64,000 nt of DNA from NCBI GenBank assembly GCA_902529935.1, contig CABZYK010000005.1, positions 10,688-74,687 on the forward strand, in the 5' to 3' direction. Under the pieces are notes generated by a model. It was given only the letters and a program-made list of their open reading frames with translations, made no database searches and was not told where the DNA came from. Both the position numbers and the translations under genes were made by a program. Below, piece by piece: positions 55,299 through 64,000 of the stretch; the stretch's first letter is position 1, and each line of letters begins with the position of its first letter. This DNA is from an uncultured SAR86 cluster bacterium. Its GTDB lineage: Bacteria > Pseudomonadota > Gammaproteobacteria > Magnimaribacterales > AG-339-G14.

Positions 55299-56330
55299 AT
55301 GGAATATAAACATCTTAATGGAAATGGATTAAAAATTGGTGCAGCAATTGAAGGTGAGGGTCCTTTAATTGTTTTGGTTCACGGATGGCCTGAAAGTTGG
55401 TACAGCTGGAGACATCAAATACCTTTTCTAGCATCGCTAGGTTATAAAGTTGCCGCAATCGATGTCAGAGGATATGGTCAATCTGATAAGCCTTATGAAA
55501 TTGCTGAATATTCGATGAAAAATTTAACTTCGGATGTTATTTCAGTAATTGAAGATCTTGGATACTCTGATGCAATACTATTCGGACATGACTGGGGTGC
55601 GCCTATAGTCTGGAATACTGCGGCTCTTTTCCCAGAAAAAATTTCTGGTGTTGGCGCATTATCAGTTCCTTACACAGGTAGAGGACCAATGTCTTCCATA
55701 GATTTATGGAAAATGCTGTATAAAGGAAAATTCTTCTATCAACTATATTTTCAAGAAGAAGGCGTAGCCGAGGAAGAATTTGAAAAGGATTTAAAAAATG
55801 CTTTAGAGCTTACATATTTTTCAAGCGACGGAAGAGGAATGTCTTTTTTAGCTGAAAATGCTGATAATCCTAAATATCAAAAAAATGTTAATTCAAAATT
55901 TTTGGATTGTCTGCCTGTATTTGACGATTATCCAGATTGGATAAACAAAGAAGAATTAATGTTCTTTGTAAAAGAATTTGAAAACTCTGGAATGAGAGGC
56001 CCTCTCAATAGATATCGTGCTCAAACTATTGATTATGAAGAATTAGTTGAGTTAGAAACTTCAAAAATATCTCAACCTTCTTGTTTTATTTCTGGAACTT
56101 TAGATCCCGTTGCATTTTTCTTAAAAAATTCAATTCAAGATGGGGCAGGGAAAGGGGCATTTCATGGTCCAACAGCTGAATCAATGACCAAAGAAATGCT
56201 AGAGAAGAGAAGTGATTTATATGAAGATCTACGAATCGTTAAATTTATCGATGGTGTGGGGCATTGGACGCAACAAGAAGCACCTGACACAGTGAATGAA
56301 AACTTCGAAAAGTTCTTGAAGGGTTTATAA
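55299..56330 (+). CDS. Alpha/beta-hydrolase epoxide hydrolase (soluble epoxide hydrolase type)
   Basis: HGWPESWYSWRHQ oxyanion/cap motif, nucleophile GHDWGA, C-terminal GHWTQQE (His). It is collinear with the C-terminal domain of mammalian/plant sEH as I recall it. Confidence 0.85.
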   Translation: MEYKHLNGNGLKIGAAIEGEGPLIVLVHGWPESWYSWRHQIPFLASLGYKVAAIDVRGYGQSDKPYEIAEYSMKNLTSDVISVIEDLGYSDAILFGHDWGAPIVWNTAALFPEKISGVGALSVPYTGRGPMSSIDLWKMLYKGKFFYQLYFQEEGVAEEEFEKDLKNALELTYFSSDGRGMSFLAENADNPKYQKNVNSKFLDCLPVFDDYPDWINKEELMFFVKEFENSGMRGPLNRYRAQTIDYEELVELETSKISQPSCFISGTLDPVAFFLKNSIQDGAGKGAFHGPTAESMTKEMLEKRSDLYEDLRIVKFIDGVGHWTQQEAPDTVNENFEKFLKGL

Positions 56331-56332
56331 GT

Positions 56333-58825
56333 TTAAGCTGTTAGTTTTTTATCTATTTGGAGGCTAAGTCTCTTTTTGTGATTTCGAGTCTCATCGTTAG
56401 ACGATTGCCTTCTAAGCAGCTTTTGAATTTTTAATAGCTCACCAAATGCAGCAGATTGAGCAACTTCATCGTATTTTTTAAGGTTAGTGATGGATATGAG
56501 TTTATTAACATAAGTTGCTTGAAGATTCTGAGTAATAGTATCTATTTCTTTCATCTTTTCTCTTGGAAAGATTCCTTTTGTTAAGTCGCTCATCATCTCA
56601 GAAACGTTATAGTCATTTCCATAAAAAGAAGAATCCGTAATTCTTCTCAATACATCTTTATTGGTTAAATGATTAAGAATTCTTTTGTGACCGGAAAGAA
56701 TGTAATCATGAAATTTAGGATCTTCGTTCTCATCATAAAAATCAAATCCTCTTCTTTCTCGTTGCATGTAAGCTGCGACTGACTCAAGAGGCTTTAATCC
56801 TTCACTGTTAAAAGCATATTTATTCAATGTATCCATAGCTTTTTTTTGTATTTTGTAAGGAACGGCTTCATAAGGTTTTTTTGCTGATTTTGTATTCGAA
56901 GGATGACGAGTGACATAGACACCCCCGATCTGCCTAGATACGACATCCATACTGGTAATAATTTGTCTCATCAATATAAAATAAGATTGATATACAGATT
57001 CCCAAGTATCTGATTTGGATTTAATTTTTTCTACTATTCCTGGCATTATTTCCTGAACAAGCTTGTATCTACCGATAGCATATTCAACTGGATCATCACT
57101 CATATCACCTATATTTACTCTTGGATCAATTCCTCTGCCAGGTGATCTCATATCGTCAGCATCATTGCCAAAAAAATGACCTTTCTCTTGCGACCTGTTT
57201 AATATGTTCTGTATTTCTACTTCGGATAAATTTGGGGTATAAGCAAACTCGATTGCCCATTGGTCGTAAAGACCAGGTTTTATATCAGAAAACTGTCCTT
57301 GTTCCACGCCTGGAGGTGCAATGTTGATTGCATGATAATCCATAACTGAGGCAGATAGTCCTTCTTCATAAGTTATTTCTGGATTATGAACATCTTCATT
57401 GTTGTGCAGAGTCGTTGCTCCCATATTATGGTTAAGTCCGAGAGTATGGCCAACCTCATGAAGTATTAACATAGTTAATTCTTCTTCAAATAACTTATCG
57501 GTATCTTCAAGTGAGAAGTTCATTGAATCAGCAACCAAATTACCAAAAATTCTTTGTTCGTTTCTCATGGATGAGAAATTACATCGTTCAGATGAAATTT
57601 CAGAAGATAGAAATATATCTTCGTATCTCATTCTATTGGTTAGAAAAATCCATTCCAACATAATATCCGCAGATAAAATTTCTCCAGTTCTAGGATTTGA
57701 AAAACTAGGCCCGTAACCCCCAAACGGTGGGTTGGGTGATGAAGTCCACCTTAATACGTTATATCTGATATCACCTGCATCCCAATCAGCATCATCTGGT
57801 TGAATATCAACTTCGATTGCATCAATAAAACCAGCTTTTTCAAAAGCTATGTTCCATGCGAGTACAGCTTTTTTTATCAGAGGTCTTAATTCATTAGGAG
57901 TGGTATTTTCCAACCAAAATTTTATAGGTTTGATTGGTTTTGATTTAGCAGAATCAGGATTTTGTTTTTGAAGGTTCCATTTCTGAACCAAGTCTCTATA
58001 AGGAGTAATTTCTGTGGAACTTAAATCTGTTACTCTGTCTGTAAAATAACCTATTCTCGGATCCTCGAAACGTATTTCAAACCCATTATCTTGAGGCATT
58101 TCAAGAAATGTATATCTTAATTTCACCGATGTATTTCTTAATGATTCATAGCTTGCAGGATTTGAAAAAACATAATCAACTTCAAAATCAGTATTTTTTG
58201 GATAATTGTAAATTTTGGAAATAGCGGTCTTAGATCTTGACAAGGATCCAACCTGAAAGCTATCTGAATCATAATCTCTTGGTTCAGATTTTAACTTGGT
58301 TAAATTATCACTTTTCAATAATTTAGTGATATCAATAAGATAAGTAGTTTCATCATCATTTTTGTGAGTAATCTCAAAATTTTCAATAACTGAATCGCTT
58401 ATATTAGATTGAGATTGCCTACTAAGTTCTGAATTAGGATCAAAATAAAATCCCGTATTCACTCTTATAAGATTTAAGCTATTAAATTGCTTTTCAAATT
58501 TAATAACTGCTTGATCTATATGACTCCCTTTGAACAGTCCTGCTTCGACGGTCCCATTGATAATATGAGCAAAATAAATAAATTCTTTTGAGATATCTTC
58601 ATCACTCAATTCTAAGTAAGTATTTCCATTTTCTGGGTCTTGATAGCTTTTTAGCAAGCCTTCATAAAAAATAAATTCTTCAACAAATTCTGAGATGAGT
58701 TCTCTATCGTCTTTTTTTGACTCTTCTTTAGCTTCCTCTTCATTTGAACCATCTTCTGATTCATCTGCAATGATCTCAAAGGACAAAAGTAGACTCAAAA
58801 AAACTAGTAAAATTTTAATCTTCAT
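56333..58825 (-). CDS. Secreted zinc metalloprotease (large DUF5117/DUF4953-type zincin)
   Basis: HEVGHTLGLNHN zinc motif. Starting at ATG 58825 gives the signal peptide MKIKILLVFLSLLLSFEIIA; the track start at 58834 is a TTG 3 codons upstream. An acidic low-complexity linker follows the signal peptide. Confidence 0.8.
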   Translation of the reverse strand: MKIKILLVFLSLLLSFEIIADESEDGSNEEEAKEESKKDDRELISEFVEEFIFYEGLLKSYQDPENGNTYLELSDEDISKEFIYFAHIINGTVEAGLFKGSHIDQAVIKFEKQFNSLNLIRVNTGFYFDPNSELSRQSQSNISDSVIENFEITHKNDDETTYLIDITKLLKSDNLTKLKSEPRDYDSDSFQVGSLSRSKTAISKIYNYPKNTDFEVDYVFSNPASYESLRNTSVKLRYTFLEMPQDNGFEIRFEDPRIGYFTDRVTDLSSTEITPYRDLVQKWNLQKQNPDSAKSKPIKPIKFWLENTTPNELRPLIKKAVLAWNIAFEKAGFIDAIEVDIQPDDADWDAGDIRYNVLRWTSSPNPPFGGYGPSFSNPRTGEILSADIMLEWIFLTNRMRYEDIFLSSEISSERCNFSSMRNEQRIFGNLVADSMNFSLEDTDKLFEEELTMLILHEVGHTLGLNHNMGATTLHNNEDVHNPEITYEEGLSASVMDYHAINIAPPGVEQGQFSDIKPGLYDQWAIEFAYTPNLSEVEIQNILNRSQEKGHFFGNDADDMRSPGRGIDPRVNIGDMSDDPVEYAIGRYKLVQEIMPGIVEKIKSKSDTWESVYQSYFILMRQIITSMDVVSRQIGGVYVTRHPSNTKSAKKPYEAVPYKIQKKAMDTLNKYAFNSEGLKPLESVAAYMQRERRGFDFYDENEDPKFHDYILSGHKRILNHLTNKDVLRRITDSSFYGNDYNVSEMMSDLTKGIFPREKMKEIDTITQNLQATYVNKLISITNLKKYDEVAQSAAFGELLKIQKLLRRQSSNDETRNHKKRLSLQIDKKLTA

Positions 58826-58888
58826 AAACACCAACAGGGTGGCTATTATAGACTCACTAACTATAATTTTTAATTAAATCTTTATTCC

Positions 58889-59608
58889 ATGAAAAATCTA
58901 AATCGATTACTTGATCTAGCTAAAATTGTATTGAATGAAATCTTTGATTATCTAGTTTCATATTTTGGTGTAAAAAAATTCAAGGTTGATACCGTTAAAG
59001 ACCTTGTTTTAGTTAAAGATAATAAAAATAATCCGCAAGCTATTTTAGATACGATAGATCATTTTGGATGGAATAGAGCTTTTTTGATGAATATTGGTGA
59101 TGAAAAGGGTCTTCTACTTGAAAATGCAATTAAAGAAAAAAAACCTAACAATTGTTTGGAACTAGGAGTCTACTTAGGATATTCGTCTATCAGGATTTTA
59201 AGAAATCTTAAAGAAAACTCGATGCTAACTTCGATAGAGGCTAGTAATAAATACTATGAAATATCTCAAGAAATTGTTTCTCATTCTGGCCTCGGCGATC
59301 AATGGATACCATTAAAGGGCAAGGCAAAAAATGTTATTCCTCTCTTAAAAGAAAAATACGATTTTGTATTTTTAGATCATTGGAAGGATGAATATTTATC
59401 CGACTTAAGAGCGTTACAATGCTTGGAATTGCTTAATGATGAGGCTGTAATATTTGCCGACAATGTTGTTTTATTCAATATGGAAGATTATTTATCTTAT
59501 GTTAGAGATTCATCAGTTTTTAAGAGTAAATTTGTACCTACAAAGAGAGAATATTCAAAGACTCAGCCAGACGGAATAGAGATTTCAATATTTAAAAAAG
59601 ATGACTAA
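58889..59608 (+). CDS. Catechol O-methyltransferase-type SAM-dependent methyltransferase
   Basis: It is collinear with animal COMT as I recall it: [24 protein letters not shown] / [34 protein letters not shown] / [23 protein letters not shown] / [12 protein letters not shown]; ADNV. Confidence 0.85.
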   Translation: [239 protein letters not shown]

Positions 59609-59825
59609 TCTAAAATTAGATCTGCATGGGTTTCGTCACCATGAAGTTCCTTTAAAGGTTGAAAATTTTTTATATATTAACCAAGAGAATATGCCCATCC
59701 TAATAATCTGTGGTAACAGCCAAAAGATGATATCCATAGTAAAAGATGTTCTTGAAGATATAGATTGTACTTTTGAGGTAGGTTCTGGGATAAACTATGG
59801 GTGTATTATTGTTCGTAAAATCTAA
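59601..59825 (+). CDS. Minimal Smr-domain protein
   Basis: 74 aa. LDLHGFRHHEV...ILIICGNS resembles the Smr LDLHG...IiHGkG core. It overlaps the methyltransferase gene by 8 nt. Confidence 0.55.
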   Translation: MTNLKLDLHGFRHHEVPLKVENFLYINQENMPILIICGNSQKMISIVKDVLEDIDCTFEVGSGINYGCIIVRKI

Positions 59826-59827
59826 CC

Positions 59828-61168
59828 ATGCCTAACTTTGACCTAGTCCTTAGAAACTGTAACTTAATTAATGAGAATTCAATATCACAAGTTGACATTG
59901 CTATTAAAGATAAAAGAATAGAAAAAATTTCTTCCTCGATTACCGAAAAAGCTAAAAAAGAAATTGATATTAATGGGAAAAATGTTGCGCCCGGAGTAAT
60001 TGACGACCAAGTACATTTTAGAGAGCCAGGATTAACTCAAAAAGGTGAAATTAAAACTGAATCATTAGCAGCGCTTTACGGTGGTATCACTTCGACCATG
60101 GATATGCCAAATGTATCTCCAGCAAGCACTACTTTAGATTTATTAGAGGTAAGGTTTCAATTAGCTAAAGAAAAAAGTTGGACAAATTACTCTTTTTATC
60201 TAGGAGCTACACCGGATAACATTGATGAAATAAAAAAAGCTAACCCAAAAGATATTTGTGGACTAAAAATTTTTATGGGGTCATCAACAGGTGATTTATT
60301 AGTTAATGATGATGATGCGCTAGATTTAATTTTCAAAGAGTCACCTATATTGATTGTCACTCATTGTGAGGATAATAAAACGATAGAAAATAATCTAGAA
60401 AAAATATCAGCTCAGCGTAAGGGTAAATTATCTCCTCCAGATCATGCTCTTATCAGAGATGAGTTGGCTTGTTATATATCCTCTGAAAAAGCAACAAGTT
60501 TGGCAAAAAAATACTCTGCAGATTTACACGTCCTTCATCTGACTACTGAGAGAGAGATTGAACTCTTTGAAGCCAAACCAACCAAAGATAAAAAGATTAC
60601 GACAGAAGCTTGTATTCATCATCTTATTTTTACTTCCGATGACTATGAAGAATGGGGAAATTTCATCAAATGTAATCCTTCAATTAAGGCTCCTAACAAC
60701 AGAGAAGCATTGAGACAGGCATTAAAGAATAATCAAATTGATATTATTGCAACAGATCATGCACCACACACCAGAGATGAAAAATCTTTACCTTATTCAG
60801 AAGCTCCTGCTGGAATTCCCTTAATTCAACATAGTTTTCAACTAATGCTGGAATTAGCTAATAAAGGTATTTTTACAATTGAAGAGGTAATTAAATTTGC
60901 ATCTCATAACACAGCCGATAGATTTAAAATTATCGATAGAGGGTATGTAAGGGAAGGATATTTTGCAGATTTGGTCGTTTTTGAAACTGGAATAAAACAC
61001 ACAGTTACAAACGAAGAACAAAAATCTAAATGCGGATGGACTCCTTTTGAAGGTTGGGAATTAAGTTCAAAAGTTAACTCAACTATAGTGAATGGTAATG
61101 TTTTGCTTGAAGATGGAGAGCTTCATCCAGAAAGAAGATCTAGCGAGAGGTTAGTTTTTAACAAATAA
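59828..61168 (+). CDS. pyrC: Dihydroorotase (type I cyclic amidohydrolase)
   Basis: GVIDDQVHFREPG, DMPN and IATDHAPH metal-ligand segments. 446 aa. Confidence 0.82.
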   Translation: MPNFDLVLRNCNLINENSISQVDIAIKDKRIEKISSSITEKAKKEIDINGKNVAPGVIDDQVHFREPGLTQKGEIKTESLAALYGGITSTMDMPNVSPASTTLDLLEVRFQLAKEKSWTNYSFYLGATPDNIDEIKKANPKDICGLKIFMGSSTGDLLVNDDDALDLIFKESPILIVTHCEDNKTIENNLEKISAQRKGKLSPPDHALIRDELACYISSEKATSLAKKYSADLHVLHLTTEREIELFEAKPTKDKKITTEACIHHLIFTSDDYEEWGNFIKCNPSIKAPNNREALRQALKNNQIDIIATDHAPHTRDEKSLPYSEAPAGIPLIQHSFQLMLELANKGIFTIEEVIKFASHNTADRFKIIDRGYVREGYFADLVVFETGIKHTVTNEEQKSKCGWTPFEGWELSSKVNSTIVNGNVLLEDGELHPERRSSERLVFNK

Positions 61169-61336
61169 TTATTTTTTATCTAAATTCTCTCGATATTCTG
61201 CTTCAACATTTTCCCTGAATTCAGAATTTTGAATATAAAGACCAAGTATCCCTGAAAGGATTCCCAAGATGGCAATTAAACCAAAGAAAACAACTAAATT
61301 TCTTACTATTTCAGAGTCTTTCATATTTTGTGACAT
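61169..61336 (-). CDS. Possible small single-TM membrane protein
   Basis: 55-aa ORF below the track cutoff: MSQNMKDSEIVRNLVVFFGLIAILGILSGILGLYIQNSEFRENVEAEYRENLDKK. It exactly fills the gap between pyrC and the MFS gene. No family recognised and no SD. Confidence 0.35.
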   Translation of the reverse strand: MSQNMKDSEIVRNLVVFFGLIAILGILSGILGLYIQNSEFRENVEAEYRENLDKK

Positions 61337-61371
61337 ACTAATTCTCGACAGATTTTTTGAAAACCCATTTT

Positions 61372-62616
61372 ATGTTGAGATACTTATTAAATAAAGAAAG
61401 ATTTTCATGGGCTTTATACGATTGGGCTAATAGCGCTTTCTGGACAACAGTTGTAGCAGGTTTCTTTCCGATTTTTTTTAAATCATATTGGGCATCAGAA
61501 CTTGATGGACCTTCAAGCTCAGCAGTCCTAGGAAGTACGAATTCAATTGCAGGATTTTGTATCGTTTTGATGGCTCCAATTCTAGGAACAATTGCAGACA
61601 AGGCAGGGGCAAAAAAAAACTTTCTAGTTTTCTTTGCTCTCTTGGGAATAATTGCAACAGGTTCTTTCTTCTTCATACCAAGTGGTTATTGGATTGTTGC
61701 TTCAATTTTATTTGGAATTTCACTGCTAGGAGCATCAGGATCTAATATTTTTTATGATTCACTGATTGTTAACGTAAGCGACGAGAATAATAGAAACATT
61801 GTTTCAGGTTTTGGTTATGGCTTGGGTTACTTAGGCGGAGGAATACTCTTTGTATTTAATGTTTTATTTTATTTGTATCCTTCTTGGTTTGGATTTGAAA
61901 ATGAAGTTCAAGCTATATTGGTAAGTTTCCTTACCGTATCTATATGGTGGTTTATTTTTACAATACCTCTTTTTACTAATGTTCAAGAACAAAAACCATC
62001 TATCAAAACGGATCATTTAATAACCTCTTCTTTTAAGGAACTCGTCAATACAATTTCCAATATTTCAAAGTATAAAAATATTACAATTTTTCTAATCGCT
62101 TACTGGTTGTATATTGACGGCGTAGATACGATTACTCGAATGTCTGTTGCTTACGGATCAGATATTGGTTTAGAAGCTTCAACAATGATTACTGCCCTAA
62201 TAGTAGTTCAATTTATTGCTTTCCCTTCTGCAATAATTTACGGATACCTCGCAGAACGTTACGGACAATTTTTATTTCTGGCTGTTGGCATTGTTGCCTA
62301 CATATTGATCACTATCAATTCTTACTTTATGGAAACAGCTAGAGATTTTTATACTTTAGCAGTCGCAATTGGTTTAGTTCAGGGCGGAGTTCAGTCTGTT
62401 AGTAGGGCAATATTCAGCAAAATGGTTCCACCTGATAAAGTGGCAGAGTTTTTTGGTTTTTACAATTTCGTAGGAAAAAGTGCTGTTGTTTTCGGTCCTG
62501 CATTAGTTGGATGGGTTGCTTACTTGACCGGAGACCCAAGAAATGGAATTTTTAGTCTTCTTGCTCTATTTATACCTGGACTGATTGTTTTATTGCTTGT
62601 ACCGAAATCAAAATAA
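61372..62616 (+). CDS. MFS transporter, UMF1/Atg22-like family
   Basis: N-terminal FSWALYDWANSAF signature, about 12 TM helices. ATG 61372 is preferred; the track start at 61357 is a TTG 5 codons upstream. Confidence 0.8.
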   Translation: MLRYLLNKERFSWALYDWANSAFWTTVVAGFFPIFFKSYWASELDGPSSSAVLGSTNSIAGFCIVLMAPILGTIADKAGAKKNFLVFFALLGIIATGSFFFIPSGYWIVASILFGISLLGASGSNIFYDSLIVNVSDENNRNIVSGFGYGLGYLGGGILFVFNVLFYLYPSWFGFENEVQAILVSFLTVSIWWFIFTIPLFTNVQEQKPSIKTDHLITSSFKELVNTISNISKYKNITIFLIAYWLYIDGVDTITRMSVAYGSDIGLEASTMITALIVVQFIAFPSAIIYGYLAERYGQFLFLAVGIVAYILITINSYFMETARDFYTLAVAIGLVQGGVQSVSRAIFSKMVPPDKVAEFFGFYNFVGKSAVVFGPALVGWVAYLTGDPRNGIFSLLALFIPGLIVLLLVPKSK

Positions 62617-63336
62617 ATTTGCTTTTGAGCATACTTTTTTAAGTAATGCAGCATCATCAGTCATTATTCCATCAACATTCATACTAATTAAAGATTCCAT
62701 GGTTTCTTGAGAATTGATAGTCCAAACATGAATTTTAAGGTCCTTTGAGTGAGCAGTTTTAATTAAATTATTATCTAGAACCTTAATCCCTTTCCAATGA
62801 AGAGGTATTTGGATACAGTCAACTGTACTAATTAGGTATTTAAATAATTTTAAAAAGATAACATCTAGAATCCCCATTGAAATGCAGGCTTGATTTCTTA
62901 TCTTTTTAAATGCTCTTAATCTTTTCGTGTCAAATGAAGCAATGCATATTCTGTCATAAGCGTTATGACTATCAATGATTTTTGCGACTTTATTGACAAG
63001 ACCGTTAATTTTTAGATCTACATTAAACTTAGTTTCAGGAAATTGCTCCATTACTTCGCTTAATCTTGGAATATAGCCGCCTTTTTCAAGAGGAATATTT
63101 TTTAACTCTTCGTAAGTAAGATCGCTTATATTTTTATGTTCTCCTGAGACTCTATAAATACTTTCATCATGAAATGTCACAACTTCTCCATCCTTGGTCA
63201 TTCTTAAATCAGTTTCGATATACTCATAGCCTAAATTAACGGCATCCTGGAAAGCTTCTAAGGTATTTTCAGTAAAGTTGACAGAATTACCTCTATGAAC
63301 AAAAGGCTGAAATGATGAGCTGAAAAAAGAGTGCAT
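62608..63336 (-). CDS. Glycerophosphodiester phosphodiesterase (GDPD/UgpQ-like)
   Basis: HRGN...ENTLEAFQDAVNLGYEYIETDLRMTKDGEVVTFHDE catalytic segments. The start is set to ATG 63336. The track start at 63444 adds 36 unlikely residues and would overlap the divergent gene. Confidence 0.85.
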   Translation of the reverse strand: MHSFFSSSFQPFVHRGNSVNFTENTLEAFQDAVNLGYEYIETDLRMTKDGEVVTFHDESIYRVSGEHKNISDLTYEELKNIPLEKGGYIPRLSEVMEQFPETKFNVDLKINGLVNKVAKIIDSHNAYDRICIASFDTKRLRAFKKIRNQACISMGILDVIFLKLFKYLISTVDCIQIPLHWKGIKVLDNNLIKTAHSKDLKIHVWTINSQETMESLISMNVDGIMTDDAALLKKVCSKANLF

Positions 63337-63371
63337 TTTTATATATAATTTAAAAAATAGCATTTTTTGCC

Positions 63372-64000
63372 TTGAATAAAAACAAAAGAAAAGTTGGTTT
63401 AACAGAACTTGTTTTAAGAGATGGTCAGCAGTCGTTAATTGCAACTAGAATGAAACTCGATGATATGCTCGAGGTTGCAAAAAAAATGGATCAAGTTGGT
63501 TATTGGTCTATCGAAATGTGGGGTGGGGCGACATACGATTCTTGTCTGAGATATTTAAATGAAGACCCTTGGCATAGACTCAGGGAACTCAAGAAAATTT
63601 TCAAAAAAACAAAACTTCAAATGCTTATTAGGGGTAAAAATCTTGTTGGCTATAAACCATATTCTAATGAAGTAGTTGAAGCATTTGTTGAGAAAGCTTC
63701 TTTAAATGGTATTGATGTTTTTAGAACATTTGATGCACTGAATGATTTTTCAAATATTGAATTATCCATTAAGGAAGTTAAAAAAAATGGTAAGCATGCT
63801 CAAGGAGCAATGGCCTATACGGTGTCGCCTGTGCATACGTTGAATAGTTGGTTAGATTTAGCAAAACAAATTGAAGATGCTGGTGCGGATTCAGTGGCAA
63901 TTAAGGATATGGCTGGGTTGTTAAAACCAAACGCTGCATTTGAGTTAGTTTCCAAACTAAAAGAAAATATTTCTATCCCCATACATATGCAAACTCATGC
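63372..64000 (+). CDS. Carboxyltransferase subunit of the oxaloacetate decarboxylase alpha / pyruvate carboxylase B type (3' end outside window)
   Basis: Not in the track because it runs off the window. The TTG start gives MNKNKRKVGLTELVLRDGQQSLIATRMKLDDMLEVAKKMDQVGYWSIEMWGGATYDSCLRYLNEDPWHRLRELKK...AIKDMAGLLKP, closely matching the OadA/PycB N-terminal TIM-barrel domain. An in-frame stop lies at 63351. Confidence 0.85.
   Translation, partial: MNKNKRKVGLTELVLRDGQQSLIATRMKLDDMLEVAKKMDQVGYWSIEMWGGATYDSCLRYLNEDPWHRLRELKKIFKKTKLQMLIRGKNLVGYKPYSNEVVEAFVEKASLNGIDVFRTFDALNDFSNIELSIKEVKKNGKHAQGAMAYTVSPVHTLNSWLDLAKQIEDAGADSVAIKDMAGLLKPNAAFELVSKLKENISIPIHMQTH

Noticed and set aside
61611-61619. A9 homopolymer inside the Atg22-like MFS gene, and other A/T runs of 8-9 nt (for example 4862-4870 and 7445-7452), as phase-variation tracts
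   Set aside because: It encodes Lys-Lys-Asn in frame, runs of this length are expected in DNA this AT-rich, and there is no evidence of a frameshifted allele.
63337-63444. 36-codon N-terminal extension of the GDPD gene
   Set aside because: It would overlap the start of the divergent oadA-like gene and adds non-family sequence. ATG 63336 yields the usual short N-terminus before the HRG motif.

Overview
AT-rich (about one-third G+C by eye), very gene-dense bacterial chromosome segment. I call about 66 protein-coding genes (5 of them below the 60-aa cutoff of the ORF track or running off the window edge), 4 tRNAs (Ala-GGC, Ser-GGA, Arg-ACG, Gly-UCC), 4 hairpin terminators and a few candidate regulatory repeats. 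I saw no rRNA, CRISPR array, transposase, integrase or phage gene. Conserved gammaproteobacterial neighbourhoods (mltD-gloB next to rnhA-dnaQ-gltX; csrA beside tRNA-Ser/tRNA-Arg), TonB-dependent receptors, many start/stop overlaps and weak Shine-Dalgarno usage suggest a streamlined marine gammaproteobacterium. SAR86-like is my guess only; no marker gene in the window proves it. Housekeeping genes: rnhA, dnaQ, gltX, tatD, trhO, a BolA-family gene, csrA, pyrC, and the 5' part of an oadA/pycB-like carboxyltransferase. The rest is dominated by uptake and lipid/xenobiotic-type enzymes:
- Uptake: two TonB receptors, an Opp-like ABC importer without ATPase genes, two GPH/MFSD2-type MFS, one Spinster-type MFS and one Atg22-type MFS.
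- Enzymes: alkylsulfatase-like MBL, TauD-family dioxygenase, Baeyer-Villiger monooxygenase, acyl-CoA dehydrogenase, MFE-2-type SDR, AMACR-like CoA-transferase, three thioesterase-like proteins, P450, two steroid-5-alpha-reductase-superfamily proteins, sEH-type epoxide hydrolase, PON-type lactonase, COMT-type methyltransferase, GDPD.
Most interesting candidates for undescribed biology:
1. GPH transporter - rhomboid - DUF3604 metallohydrolase - GPH transporter string (25886-31873).
2. P450 - DUF1295 - 5-alpha-reductase block directly 3' of tRNA-Arg (44389-47387).
3. Two families of strongly SD-equipped secreted/lipoprotein paralogs of unknown family (12986-14182 and 52068-53309).
4. MoxR-VWA-ABC2-PON string ending 2 nt before a tRNA (38288-43144).
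5. Three TAAGTG repeats at exact 21-bp spacing in a TonB-receptor promoter (1807-1861).
6. All four tRNAs sit 8-22 nt upstream of same-strand ORFs.
All functional calls come from motif recognition by eye and from memory. None is backed by a database search.
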